Part shown: in pieces, positions 39,527 to 50,100 of the stretch
How the letters are laid out: every line of letters starts with the position of its first letter
How positions within the stretch are numbered: position 1 is the stretch's first letter
Assembly (NCBI RefSeq): GCF_014638915.1
Contig: NZ_BMFQ01000001.1
Location: 817,142-881,141, forward strand
Reading direction: 5' to 3'
DNA from: Bizionia arctica
GTDB taxonomy: Bacteria; Bacteroidota; Bacteroidia; Flavobacteriales; Flavobacteriaceae
Length of the DNA stretch: 64,000 bases
Position numbers and translations under genes: made by a program
The notes under the pieces: model-generated
What the model saw: the letters and a program-made list of their open reading frames with translations, nothing else
Told to the model about the DNA's origin: nothing
Databases searched by the model: none

Positions 39527-40870
39527 ATGAAAAATAACATTGATGCGTTTTTACATCTAGTAAAGGAGAAAAATGGTCATGAGCCTGAGTTTTTGCAGGC
39601 GGTGCACGAAGTTGCAGAAACTGTAATTCCATTTATTGAAGAAAACCCTAAGTATCAGGATAAAATGTTATTGGAGCGCATGGTAGAACCAGAGCGCACT
39701 ATAATATTTAGAGTAGCTTGGATAGACGATAAGGGGAATACACAAGTTAACAGAGGATTTAGAGTAGAGTTTAACTCCGCAATTGGACCTTATAAAGGCG
39801 GTTTGCGCTTTCATCCATCAGTAAACTTAAGTATTTTAAAGTTTTTAGGATTCGAGCAAGTATTTAAAAATTCATTGACAACTTTACCAATGGGTGGAGG
39901 AAAAGGAGGAAGTGATTTCGATCCTAAAGGAAAAAGCGATAACGAAGTGATGCGTTTTTGTCAATCGTTTATGACGGAATTATTTCGTCATATCGGACCT
40001 AACACAGACGTTCCAGCTGGAGACATTGGAGTTGGTGGTAGAGAAGTTGGATATATGTTTGGTCAATATAAAAGATTGAAAAACGAATTCACTGGTGTAT
40101 TAACAGGTAAAGGAATGGCCTTTGGTGGTTCATTAATTAGACCTGAAGCAACAGGATATGGCTGTGTTTATTTTGCTAAAAATATGTTAGCAACCAAAAA
40201 CGATTCACTTAAAGGAAAAACAGTTGTTATTTCTGGATCTGGAAATGTGGCGCAATACGCTTGCGAAAAAGCTACAGAACTTGGAGCAAAAGTAGTAACC
40301 CTATCTGATTCTTCAGGATACATTTACGACGCTGATGGCATTGATGCTGAAAAATTAGCCGTTGTTCAGGATATAAAAAATGTTAGAAGAGGAAGAATTA
40401 ACGAGTATGTTAACCAATATCCTAAGGCAACTTTTCATGAAGGCCAAAGACCTTGGTCTATCTCTTGCGATGTGGCCATGCCATGTGCTACACAAAATGA
40501 ACTAAATGCTGATGAAGCGCAAATGCTTATCAAAAATAAAGTTCAAGCGGTGGCAGAAGGTGCTAACATGCCAACAACACCAGAAGCTATTGAAGCATTT
40601 CAAAACGCTAAAGTGATGTTCGCTCCAGGGAAGGCATCGAATGCTGGAGGTGTTGCAACCTCTGGATTAGAAATGAGTCAAAATTCATTGAGATTAAATT
40701 GGACTCGCGAGGAAGTAGATGCCAAGTTAAAGCATATAATGGATGAGATTCATGAATCTTGTGTTGCTTACGGGACTGAAAAAGATGGATATATCGATTA
40801 TGTTAAAGGCGCAAATATTGCAGGATTTGTAAAGGTGGCAGATGCCATGCTAGGACAAGGAGTGGTATAA
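39527..40870 (+). CDS. gdhA: NADP-specific glutamate dehydrogenase
   Basis: Catalytic motif LPMGGGKGGSDFDPKGKS. Glu/Leu/Phe/Val dehydrogenase fold. 447 aa from ATG 39527. Confidence 0.9.
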   Translation: MKNNIDAFLHLVKEKNGHEPEFLQAVHEVAETVIPFIEENPKYQDKMLLERMVEPERTIIFRVAWIDDKGNTQVNRGFRVEFNSAIGPYKGGLRFHPSVNLSILKFLGFEQVFKNSLTTLPMGGGKGGSDFDPKGKSDNEVMRFCQSFMTELFRHIGPNTDVPAGDIGVGGREVGYMFGQYKRLKNEFTGVLTGKGMAFGGSLIRPEATGYGCVYFAKNMLATKNDSLKGKTVVISGSGNVAQYACEKATELGAKVVTLSDSSGYIYDADGIDAEKLAVVQDIKNVRRGRINEYVNQYPKATFHEGQRPWSISCDVAMPCATQNELNADEAQMLIKNKVQAVAEGANMPTTPEAIEAFQNAKVMFAPGKASNAGGVATSGLEMSQNSLRLNWTREEVDAKLKHIMDEIHESCVAYGTEKDGYIDYVKGANIAGFVKVADAMLGQGVV

Positions 40871-40889
40871 TTTTTTAGTACATAAAAAT

Positions 40890-40917
40890 AAAAAGCTTCC
40901 AATTTGGAAGCTTTTTT
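40890..40917 (+). terminator. rho-independent terminator (aaaagcttccaaatttggaagctttttttg)
   Basis: Read directly. Confidence 0.6.
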
Positions 40918-40987
40918 TGTTCAAATTATATGTTTTTATTATAAAACTCGTTATATATAGATATATTTGAAATCATTAAAAGTGAGT

Positions 40988-43336
40988 ATGAAAAAAAGAA
41001 ATTTCTTAATATGTATTTTGCTGTTTCCAATGGCTCTCATGGCTCAGGATTATTCTGCGCTTTGGAAAGGCTATTTTTCGTATTTAAATATTATAGATGT
41101 CGCTCAAGGGAATGATAAAATATTCGTAGCATCCGACAATGCTATTTTTTCCTACGATATCAATTCTTTGGAATTGGAAACCTTAACAACTGTTAATGGC
41201 ATTTCAGGGAATGAAATTTCAACCATTCATTATAGTGAAGCATACCAAATGCTGCTTATAGGATATACTAATGGGCTTATGGAAATTGCTTTGGATAATG
41301 AAGATAACATTTTAACCATTGTAGATATTTTAGATAAACCTACCATTCCGCCAAGTAATAAAGAGATTAACCACTTTGAAGAGTATAATCAATTCATTTA
41401 TATCTCTACAGACTATGGAATCTCCGTTTACGATATGTCTCGCTTAGAATTTGGAGATACGTATTATATTGGAGCTGGAGGCGCGCAATTAATTGTGAAT
41501 CAAACAACCGTTTCTGGAGAGTACATTTATGCCGCTTGTTTTGATAATGGAGGTCTTAAAAGAGCATTAGTAAACAATGGTAATTTAATAGATTTTCAGC
41601 AATGGCAGACAATTACTACAGGAAATATAGTTGGCGTAGCATCTACTTTAGAAGATAAAGTTTATACCATAAAAGACAACAGGAGTGTTTATAATGTGGT
41701 GGGTACTGCTACTACCTTAATTAGGACTTTTCCAGACCCTATCTTGGATTTTAGAAGTGTAGAGAATAACTTGCTTGTTACAACAGAAAACAACTCCTAT
41801 TTATTTGATGGTGATTTTGTTGAAATTACCACTATCCCAGTACCTGCAGAATACCCTACTCAATTTACTGCAACAACTATGGATGAGGAATATGTATATA
41901 TAGGAACAACAAATTATGGTGTTTTGAAAATAGCGTATTTAAATCAGACAGATATTACCGAAATTTATCCCGATGGTCCTTTAAGAAATGACCCCTTTGC
42001 AATTAAATCGGCTTCAAAGAACCTTTGGGTAACTTATGGAGATTATTCACAGACCTTTCTTCCTGGTCCAATTAGATCTTGGGGAGTTAGTCACCTTAAA
42101 GATGAAACATGGGTAAACATTCCTTATGATAGTGTTTTAGGTGCAAAAAATTTAAATAGAATTTCTGTAAACCCATTTAATACCCAACAAGCGTTTATTA
42201 GTTCTTTTGAAAGTGGCCTTTTGGAAGTAGATAATGATGTGCCAACTATTTTATTCAATGAGTCTAATAGCGGTTTAAAATCTCTGGTTGTTCCAACGGC
42301 TCCCAATTATAAAAGCATCAGAGTAAGTGCTTCTACGTTTGATACAAGTGGTGTTCTATGGACCATGACAGCTAGGGTTGCAAAACCTTTGGTTTCTTAT
42401 GATCCTATCGCTGATCAATGGAATAGCTTTGATTTCACATCTTTAATCCCTGATGCCTTAAATGGAGAGTTTGGTTATAGTGATATTGCAATCGATAATA
42501 ATGGAACCAAATGGATCGGCGGCTATAAAAATGGACTAATAGGTTACAACAATAATAACGGAGTAAAATTGAAAAATGTAAATTCCGAAGAACAAAACAT
42601 GCCAACGTCATTTGTTACCTCTGTAGCTGTAGATAAAAGAGATCAAATTTGGATAGGTACAGTTAGTGGCTTAAGAGTTCTTTATAATCCAGCTGGATTT
42701 TTTACAGAGCCCAATGTAGAAGTGAGTTCTATTATTATTTTAGACGATGGTTTGCCACAAGAACTTTTATTTCAAACGTATGTGTCGGACATAGAGGTGG
42801 ATGGATCAAACAATAAATGGATTGCAACAATAGGAGCTGGATTATACTATTTTTCTGCAGATGGACAAGAAACCATATATCATTTCACCAAGGATAATTC
42901 TCCTTTGCCATCAAATAATGTGGTAGCTGTATCTATAGATCAAGCTAATGGTGTTATTTATATAGCAACAGATAGAGGTTTGGTATCTTATGGTTCTGGT
43001 GGTTCGCAAACAGAAGTTACCCTAGAAAATGCCTTTGTTTATCCAAATCCGGTTAGGCCAGATTATAACATGATCGACAAAAAAATTAAAATAAAAGGGA
43101 TTACAGAAAGCATGAATATTAAGATTACCGATATTGAAGGGAATCTTGTGGCCGAAGCTCAATCCAACACAAACCTGCGTTATCAAGGTTATAATCTCGA
43201 AATTGACGGCGGAACAGCCTATTGGAATGGAAAAAATCTTGGAAATAACACCGTTGCTTCTGGTGTGTATCTGGTTTTGTTGTCAGACCTAGAGTCTTAC
43301 GAAACTAAGGTTGTAAAATTAATGATTGTGAGATAA
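40988..43336 (+). CDS. T9SS C-terminal-sorting-domain protein with two-component-regulator-propeller (Reg_prop) repeats; possibly PorZ-like
   Basis: Signal peptide (LLFPMALMAQD). Repeated WIGT/WIGG/WIAT…GL beta-propeller blades. C-terminal T9SS CTD (…GVYLVLLSDLESYETKVVKLMIVR). Stop overlaps the recO start. Confidence 0.6.
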   Translation: MKKRNFLICILLFPMALMAQDYSALWKGYFSYLNIIDVAQGNDKIFVASDNAIFSYDINSLELETLTTVNGISGNEISTIHYSEAYQMLLIGYTNGLMEIALDNEDNILTIVDILDKPTIPPSNKEINHFEEYNQFIYISTDYGISVYDMSRLEFGDTYYIGAGGAQLIVNQTTVSGEYIYAACFDNGGLKRALVNNGNLIDFQQWQTITTGNIVGVASTLEDKVYTIKDNRSVYNVVGTATTLIRTFPDPILDFRSVENNLLVTTENNSYLFDGDFVEITTIPVPAEYPTQFTATTMDEEYVYIGTTNYGVLKIAYLNQTDITEIYPDGPLRNDPFAIKSASKNLWVTYGDYSQTFLPGPIRSWGVSHLKDETWVNIPYDSVLGAKNLNRISVNPFNTQQAFISSFESGLLEVDNDVPTILFNESNSGLKSLVVPTAPNYKSIRVSASTFDTSGVLWTMTARVAKPLVSYDPIADQWNSFDFTSLIPDALNGEFGYSDIAIDNNGTKWIGGYKNGLIGYNNNNGVKLKNVNSEEQNMPTSFVTSVAVDKRDQIWIGTVSGLRVLYNPAGFFTEPNVEVSSIIILDDGLPQELLFQTYVSDIEVDGSNNKWIATIGAGLYYFSADGQETIYHFTKDNSPLPSNNVVAVSIDQANGVIYIATDRGLVSYGSGGSQTEVTLENAFVYPNPVRPDYNMIDKKIKIKGITESMNIKITDIEGNLVAEAQSNTNLRYQGYNLEIDGGTAYWNGKNLGNNTVASGVYLVLLSDLESYETKVVKLMIVR

Positions 43337-44058
43337 TGCTAATAACTACAAATGCCATTGTTTTATCTAAAATAAAATATAGGGATAACGATTTAATAGT
43401 AACATGTTATACTCAAAAAAATGGCCTAGTAAGTTACATTCTAAGAAATGTTTCAAATTCTAAAAAAGGGTATTCTAAAGCCGCTTACTTCCAGTTGTTA
43501 TCTCAAATACAATTAGTTGCTTTACATAAAAACAATAGGTCCTTACAAGAAGTAAAGGAAGTCAAAATTCATTACATGTACCATAGTTTACAAACGCATG
43601 TAATAAAAAGTTCCATTGTTTTTTTTCTATCCGAAACCCTAACTAGTATTCTAAAAGAGGAGGAAGCAAACGATAATTTGTATAGCTACTTGGAATCAGC
43701 GCTCCAATGGTTAGATTCACAAGACGAATTTGCTAATTTTCATCTACTGTTTCTATTAAAACTTACTAAGCATTTAGGCTTTTATCCCGAAATGACTAAT
43801 ATTAACGAAACATGGTTTAATATGGCTGAAGGCGTGTTCGAGGAAAGTAAGACTAATGGCTATTCTGTTTCAGGTGAAAATATAGTTCTTCTAAAACACC
43901 TCTTAGGCATAAATTTTGATGAGTTAAATGCGGTTAAAATAAACGGAAATCAAAGGCAATCTTTTTTAAAAATGATGCTCTTGTATTTTGAGTTGCATTT
44001 AGAAGGTTTTAAAAAGCCCCAATCTATGCAGATTTTTAATCAAATTTTTAATTCATAA
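43336..44058 (+). CDS. recO: DNA repair protein RecO
   Basis: N-terminal OB-fold signature (TNAIVLSKIKYRDNDLIVTCYT). 240 aa. Confidence 0.8.
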   Translation: MLITTNAIVLSKIKYRDNDLIVTCYTQKNGLVSYILRNVSNSKKGYSKAAYFQLLSQIQLVALHKNNRSLQEVKEVKIHYMYHSLQTHVIKSSIVFFLSETLTSILKEEEANDNLYSYLESALQWLDSQDEFANFHLLFLLKLTKHLGFYPEMTNINETWFNMAEGVFEESKTNGYSVSGENIVLLKHLLGINFDELNAVKINGNQRQSFLKMMLLYFELHLEGFKKPQSMQIFNQIFNS

Positions 44059-44073
44059 GATTAACTAACTAAC

Positions 44074-46488
44074 ATGAAATTATTTTTAGCATTAAGTCTA
44101 GGGCTTTGCTTTGCCCTAACCCTCCAAGCCCAGGAAATTAAAATTTTAGAAAAAGATTCCAGACTTCCCGTTCCGGGAGTTACAATTTACAATGAATCCC
44201 AAAGTATTGTAGTTATCTCAGATTTTGATGGGATGGCCTCTTTAAATTCTTTTTCAGATTCCGAAAGTATCTATTTTGAAGATTTACTTCATAAGAAATT
44301 AAAAACCGACAAAGTAACCATCATTTCTAATAACCACATCGTATTATTAGTAGCAAAAGTGGAAGGTCTGGACGAAATTGTCATCTCAGCATCCAAATTT
44401 GAGCAAAGCAAAAGAGACATTCCTCAAAAAATTGTAAGTATCGATGCTAAGGAGATTCAACTAATCAATCCACAAACCAGTGCCGATTTATTGCAAAGTA
44501 CAGGGAATGTATATATTCAAAAAAGCCAACTTGGTGGTGGAAGTCCAATGATTAGAGGGTTTTCAACAAATAGATTGCTACTTACTGTGGATGGGGTAAG
44601 AATGAATAACGCCATTTTTAGAAGTGGAAATTTACAAAATGTCATATCTATAGATCCATTTATAGTTCAAAACACAGAAGTTACCTTAGGTGCAGGATCT
44701 GTGGTTTATGGAAGTGATGCCATTGGTGGAGTCATGAGTTTTTATACCAAGAAACCTCAAATATCCTATTCAGATGAGATGTATTTTAAAGCCAATGCGG
44801 CTGTAAGATATGCAACAGCAAACGAAGAAAAAACAGGGCATTTAGATCTAAATTTCGGATTGAAAAAATGGGCCTTCTTTTCAAGTATTTCTTATTCAGA
44901 TTTTGACGATTTACGTATGGGAAGTCATGGTCCAGACGAATACCTTAGACCACAATATGTGGTAACAAATAATGGCGTTGACGAAACGGTAACGAACGAA
45001 AACCCTAAAATTCAAGTACCAACAGGCTTCGACCAATTAAGCTTAGCTCAAAAAGTTTCTTTCGAGCCTCAAGAGGATTTAAACTTCAATTTAGGACTAC
45101 TTTATTCTACAACCTCAGATTATTCTAGATACGACCGTCTTATAAGATATAAAGATGATCATCTGCGTTCTGCCGAGTGGTATTATGGTCCGCAAGAATG
45201 GTTTATGGCTAATTTACAAATGATCAAACAGAATAGCGACTCCAAGTTTTTTAATGCCGTTCAGACAACCTTAGCTTATCAGAATTTTAAAGAAAGCAGA
45301 CACGATAGAGACTATCAAGCTATTTTAAAATATAATACAGCAGAAGATGTAGACGCCTATTCCTTTAATGCCGATTTCGAAAAAATACTATCCCCGAAAA
45401 CGGAATTATTTTATGGTTTAGAATATGTATTCAATAAAGTAGGTTCTTCTGGTGATATTCTAAATATTGAAACAGACCAAACAGAACCAACAATTTCAAG
45501 ATATCCAGATGGTTCTACATGGCAATCTATGGCGGCTTATGCCAATGTCAAGTTTAAACCAAGTGAAAAGTTTATCTTACAGTCTGGTTTGCGATATAAC
45601 TATATTTTAATGCATGCCGATTTCACCGAAAACAACGAATATCTAAACTTGCCCTTTACGGAAACCAATTTGAATTTTGGAGCCTTGACAGGTTCGGCAG
45701 GAGTAAGCTGGATTCCAAATGAGATCATGCAATGGCGATTTAATTTATCGACGGCCTTTAGAGCTCCAAACATAGACGATATAGGCAAGGTTTTCGATTC
45801 AGAACCGGGTTCTGTGGTGGTTCCTAATCCAGACCTAGAAGCTGAGTATGCTTATGGAGGAGACTTGGGTTTAACTTTTAATTTCAACGACGTAGTAGTT
45901 CTTGATTTAGCAACCTATTATACCTTTTTAGACAATGCCTTGGTTAGAAATGACTATGAGTTACATGGGGAAACCGAAATTATGTATGAAGGCGAATTAA
46001 GTAATGTTCAGGCCATGCAAAACGCTTCAGATACCAAGGTTTATGGTTTTGAAGTTGGATTACGAGTAAATATTTCTAAGCAATTTAAGGTAACCTCTCA
46101 GTATAATGTCTCTGGAGGATCCGAAGATGATAATGGAGAAACAATCCCAGCGAGACATGTAACGCCACAATTTGGAAACACCCACCTTGTCTGGCAAAAA
46201 AATAAGTTTCTGGTCGATGCTTTTGTGGACTATAATAGTGAATTAACATACTATCAATTAGCGCCGTCAGAACAAGAAAAAGATTATATCTACGCTATAG
46301 ATGATAATGGAAACCCGTATTCTCCGTCTTGGTACACCTTAAATTTAAGAAGTCAATACCAAATTACAAAAGCGGCAACAGTTACTGTAAGTTTAGAAAA
46401 TATTACAGACCAACGTTATAAAACCTACTCGTCTGGAATTGCTTCTCCTGGGAGAAATTTAATCATCTCTTTACTTTATAGCTTATAA
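44074..46488 (+). CDS. TonB-dependent receptor with N-terminal carboxypeptidase-regulatory-like domain (804 aa)
   Basis: Signal peptide, CarbopepD_reg-like segment (IKILEKDSRLPVPGVTIYN), plug (DEIVISASKFEQSKRDIPQKIVSI), long barrel. Confidence 0.8.
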   Translation: MKLFLALSLGLCFALTLQAQEIKILEKDSRLPVPGVTIYNESQSIVVISDFDGMASLNSFSDSESIYFEDLLHKKLKTDKVTIISNNHIVLLVAKVEGLDEIVISASKFEQSKRDIPQKIVSIDAKEIQLINPQTSADLLQSTGNVYIQKSQLGGGSPMIRGFSTNRLLLTVDGVRMNNAIFRSGNLQNVISIDPFIVQNTEVTLGAGSVVYGSDAIGGVMSFYTKKPQISYSDEMYFKANAAVRYATANEEKTGHLDLNFGLKKWAFFSSISYSDFDDLRMGSHGPDEYLRPQYVVTNNGVDETVTNENPKIQVPTGFDQLSLAQKVSFEPQEDLNFNLGLLYSTTSDYSRYDRLIRYKDDHLRSAEWYYGPQEWFMANLQMIKQNSDSKFFNAVQTTLAYQNFKESRHDRDYQAILKYNTAEDVDAYSFNADFEKILSPKTELFYGLEYVFNKVGSSGDILNIETDQTEPTISRYPDGSTWQSMAAYANVKFKPSEKFILQSGLRYNYILMHADFTENNEYLNLPFTETNLNFGALTGSAGVSWIPNEIMQWRFNLSTAFRAPNIDDIGKVFDSEPGSVVVPNPDLEAEYAYGGDLGLTFNFNDVVVLDLATYYTFLDNALVRNDYELHGETEIMYEGELSNVQAMQNASDTKVYGFEVGLRVNISKQFKVTSQYNVSGGSEDDNGETIPARHVTPQFGNTHLVWQKNKFLVDAFVDYNSELTYYQLAPSEQEKDYIYAIDDNGNPYSPSWYTLNLRSQYQITKAATVTVSLENITDQRYKTYSSGIASPGRNLIISLLYSL

Positions 46489-46506
46489 CAGATCTAATAA
46501 AATATT

Positions 46507-46541
46507 AAAAAGCCCCTACAATTAAGTTGTAGGGGCTTTTT
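46507..46541 (+). terminator. rho-independent terminator (aaaagcccctacaa ttaa gttgtaggggcttttt)
   Basis: 13-bp stem plus T-run. Confidence 0.65.
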
Positions 46542-46561
46542 AATGAGTTTAAATCAGGAAT

Positions 46562-47175
46562 ATCACACTAAGCCTAGCCTGTGTTGAGCTTATTAAAATC
46601 TCGAAGTTCTTGTCTCACTGAGCCTGTAGAACTGCTATAACACAAATCCTGTCACAAGTAATATAGGTCACACTAAGCTTAGCAAGTGTTGAACCTGTCG
46701 AAAACATCGAAGTGCATACGAAAATCTTTAGCCTGTCATTGCGAGAGAGGAACGAACGTGGCAATCTCATCCCTGCACGCTAAATATTCCAACACCTGAT
46801 TATCCCTAACTTCAGAAAAGACAGAAACCAAACTACTTCCGTTTCATTGCCTTCTTAATTATCACACTGAGCCTAGCCTGTGTTGAGATTATCAAAATCT
46901 CGATATGTTGTCACACTGAGCCTGTCGAAGTGCTATCACACAAATCTTATAACATGTAATATAGGTCACCTTGAACTTAGCCTGTGTTGAGATTATCAAA
47001 ATCTCGATATGTTGTCACACTGAGCCTGTCGAAGTGCAGACAAACATCATTAGTATGTCAATGCGAGAGAGGAACGAACGTAGCAATCTTATCCCTGCAT
47101 GCTAAATATTCCAACACCTGACTATACCAAACACGAAACACCAAACACTACTTCCGTTTCACCGCTTTCTTACTT
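46562..47175. repeat. tandem direct repeat, two units of about 300 bp (46562-46860 and 46861-47175); the second unit contains the last 28 nt of the 47148-53564 CDS
   Basis: Units align end to end (atcacact[a/g]agcctagcctgtgttgag… gtca[t/a]tgcgagagaggaacgaacgt[g/a]gcaatct… ctacttccgtttca[tt/cc]gc[c/t]ttctta). Unit 2 carries an internal exact 57-bp duplication (46877-46933 = 46981-47037). Confidence 0.8.
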
Positions 47176-50100
47176 ATCACCTGTCCATTAGTCAAACTAA
47201 TTTTTGCAATATAAGTGGCCTGACTTAAATTAGAAAGATCATAAGTCTCAGAAGAACTACTTCCTTTTAACTTGTAGATCGTTCTTCCTAAAAGATCCAT
47301 AATCTCAACAGATTTTATTTGGTATGGACTTGGAACCGTAAACTGAACCTCTCCATTTGAATGCTCTATAATTGTTACATTACTTGCAGAAACCTCTTCC
47401 TCATTAATAGATAGCGCAGAATCTCTAAAGACTATTTCAAAACGGCTGTTGAATTCTCCAATTTCGGAAGTGAAGGAGTAAGGTTGATTGGTTAAATTAT
47501 GCATAAAGCCTAACAAGTTATCCCTTAAATAAATGGTTTGATTATCGGTTTCAAATAAACCATCAATATGTGCTATAGCTAAATGGTAGTTTCCTTGCTC
47601 CACAATCTTTACTCCTAATGGAATAGCATCTGTATCTATAAATGGTAACGCACGACCTTGAATTATAAATGGGTCATTGTTAATTATTGAATATAAATTT
47701 TGAGTTGATGCAACCGAAGTAATTGCATCATAAATGCGATCTCTTTCCATAGTTGCTCCTTCCACATAACCAACTAAAATTCTATTCGTTCCTTGTGTTT
47801 GGGAAACTAAATCTATCCATATTCTATGCCTTTCTGGTTCAAAAGTTCTATAAAACTGGTCGTTGTTATAAGCTTTGTCTCTCATAGAATTATTGAACGT
47901 TATGCTAGAACTTGCGGGAGATGTTTCAAGGAGATTAACCATAAAACTTTGTCCAGCCGCAATAAAAATATTTCCTGGAGCATTTCCTGCTCCTGTTTTA
48001 TTGTAAGGAATATAATCCGTTGCTGTATAATTGGATCCAAAATTATCATAGAAAGGATCTACCGTAATGTTGGATGGTAAGTTTCCATGCGTCCAAATAT
48101 TTACAAAACCATCTAAAACAGTATTACTAGAATGATTTAAAAAAGCAAAAACATCAATTGCAGATGGATACGGATTACCAATTAAATTCCATTGGTCATC
48201 AATATCGCCTGAAATAGTTCCGCGAAATACATCCACGTTAATCTCACCATTAAAAGGTTTGCCATTATTAAAGGTAGCGGTGATATTTGCATTTGTTGTA
48301 CTATAAGAATTTGGCCCTCTTACTATATATCCAACACCTTTTTCCATAGTTTCACCTGAAGCAGTAACCCAGTTTCCTTGGGTTCCGAGTGGATTTAAGA
48401 TGGTAGGATTCCAACGATAAATTCTATCTATTGGCGTTTCAGTTCCGTAAACATTGTTTACATCATAACCTTCTACAGGAGACGACCAATACACGTAATC
48501 CAATTTTCTAATACTCGCATTTCGTCTCATGGTTATTGGACCGCTATTAGTGTCGAACTCGTTTATTTGAATCAAACTGCCTGAATCCTCTATCGTTAAA
48601 TTTCCGCCGGTAACAAATACACCTTCATCTACTGTTAATGCGTTATTCGAATTAATTGTTAGAGCGCTCGAAACCATGTTTAAATCTTCACCTATCAAAA
48701 TATCAGTAGGATGCCCTAATGTTTTTATGGCTGTTCCAGATATAGTTAGGTTTTTGTATTCCGGAGTATAATCCGTAATGGTTTGAGCATCTCCCTTGTA
48801 TTCTACGGTCGACTCATCTTCTAATGTAATAGTTGGGCTATTAGCGCTATCTATGGCTGTAGTATTGCTGCCATTAAATCCAGCAGGATTAAGAAGTTTA
48901 AATATAGCATAAGGTTTAACTGTAAAAGTTCCTCCAGTTTGAAAATGAATACCAGTTGTTAGCGAATTATTGGAAACATCAAAACCGCTTACTACAATGT
49001 TAGCATAATTAATTAAAGGAGACCCTATTCTTACAACTCCAGCACCACTAAAATTCGCAAACTCTATAGTGGTGTTTGGAGACAAACTATATGCACCACT
49101 AGTGTCTGGTTTTGTGCCTCCACCATCTGTAATATAACGGCTGTTATCTAACATAGTAAAAGAAGGATTATGGGTAGCTCCTAAAGATCTGTTCTCCACG
49201 TTCACAATTGCATTTTCTGAAATTATAATAGCATTACTTACACTGGTAGCACTACTAATGCCTTTATAGTTTGGTGTTGGTGGTATAGGTGGCGTTGTAC
49301 TAAACGTATTGGTGCCACTAAATAATAAATTATAATAGGTTGGAGCTCCAGCTAAAATTTGAATAGCATTAGCTCCATTTAAATTAACCACGCCCCCAGT
49401 AAGGGAGTAGTTGCCATATCCGTTTAGTTGTGGCAAATAATTTCCAAGTGGGCTTGCAGTAATCGTGCTTATTCTGTATTCACCATCAGTCATTACCAAA
49501 CGTCCTGTTCCATAAAAATCACCTGTATTACTTCCTATTACGATACCTTTTTGGATTTCTAGCTTACCGCCACTTGGATCTAGTGTTGTAGCATTTGCAA
49601 TACCAATATTATTTGTTAGACTTAAGGTTTTTGTATTATCTAATAAGTTTACATAGACTAATTTCCCTGTAGAACCATTTGAAACTCCATCACCTGTTAC
49701 TTGATTTTCTTTTCCTATATAATGGAAGCTAGCAGCTTGGCTAAAAGTTTTATTACTTACAGAAAGTTGCACATTTCCAGCATTGGCAGTAGTTTTTACT
49801 AAACCATCAAAATGTGTAATTTTCAAAATAGAACCTTGATCTGAATCAAAAGTATTTGAACCACTGCCACCATTACTTATTAGTAAAGGAGTGGAGCCAT
49901 CTGCTGTCCAATTAAAGTTAAGTGTTCCACCGTTTTCTACAGTAAAAGTTGAGGAATTATTTAGTTTTAGGTTGTTATTTAATAATTGTACATCGGAATT
50001 ATTTTTCACGTAGGTATTTATATTTCTGTAAGGCACAGCATCAGCGACATCAATATTTTGTAGTGCAGTTCCAGTGAATGCAATGCCACAATCTCCATCT

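Noticed and set aside
46562-47147. CRISPR array
   Set aside because: Only two long (~300 bp) units plus nested partial repeats. No regular short repeat-spacer periodicity. No cas genes nearby.
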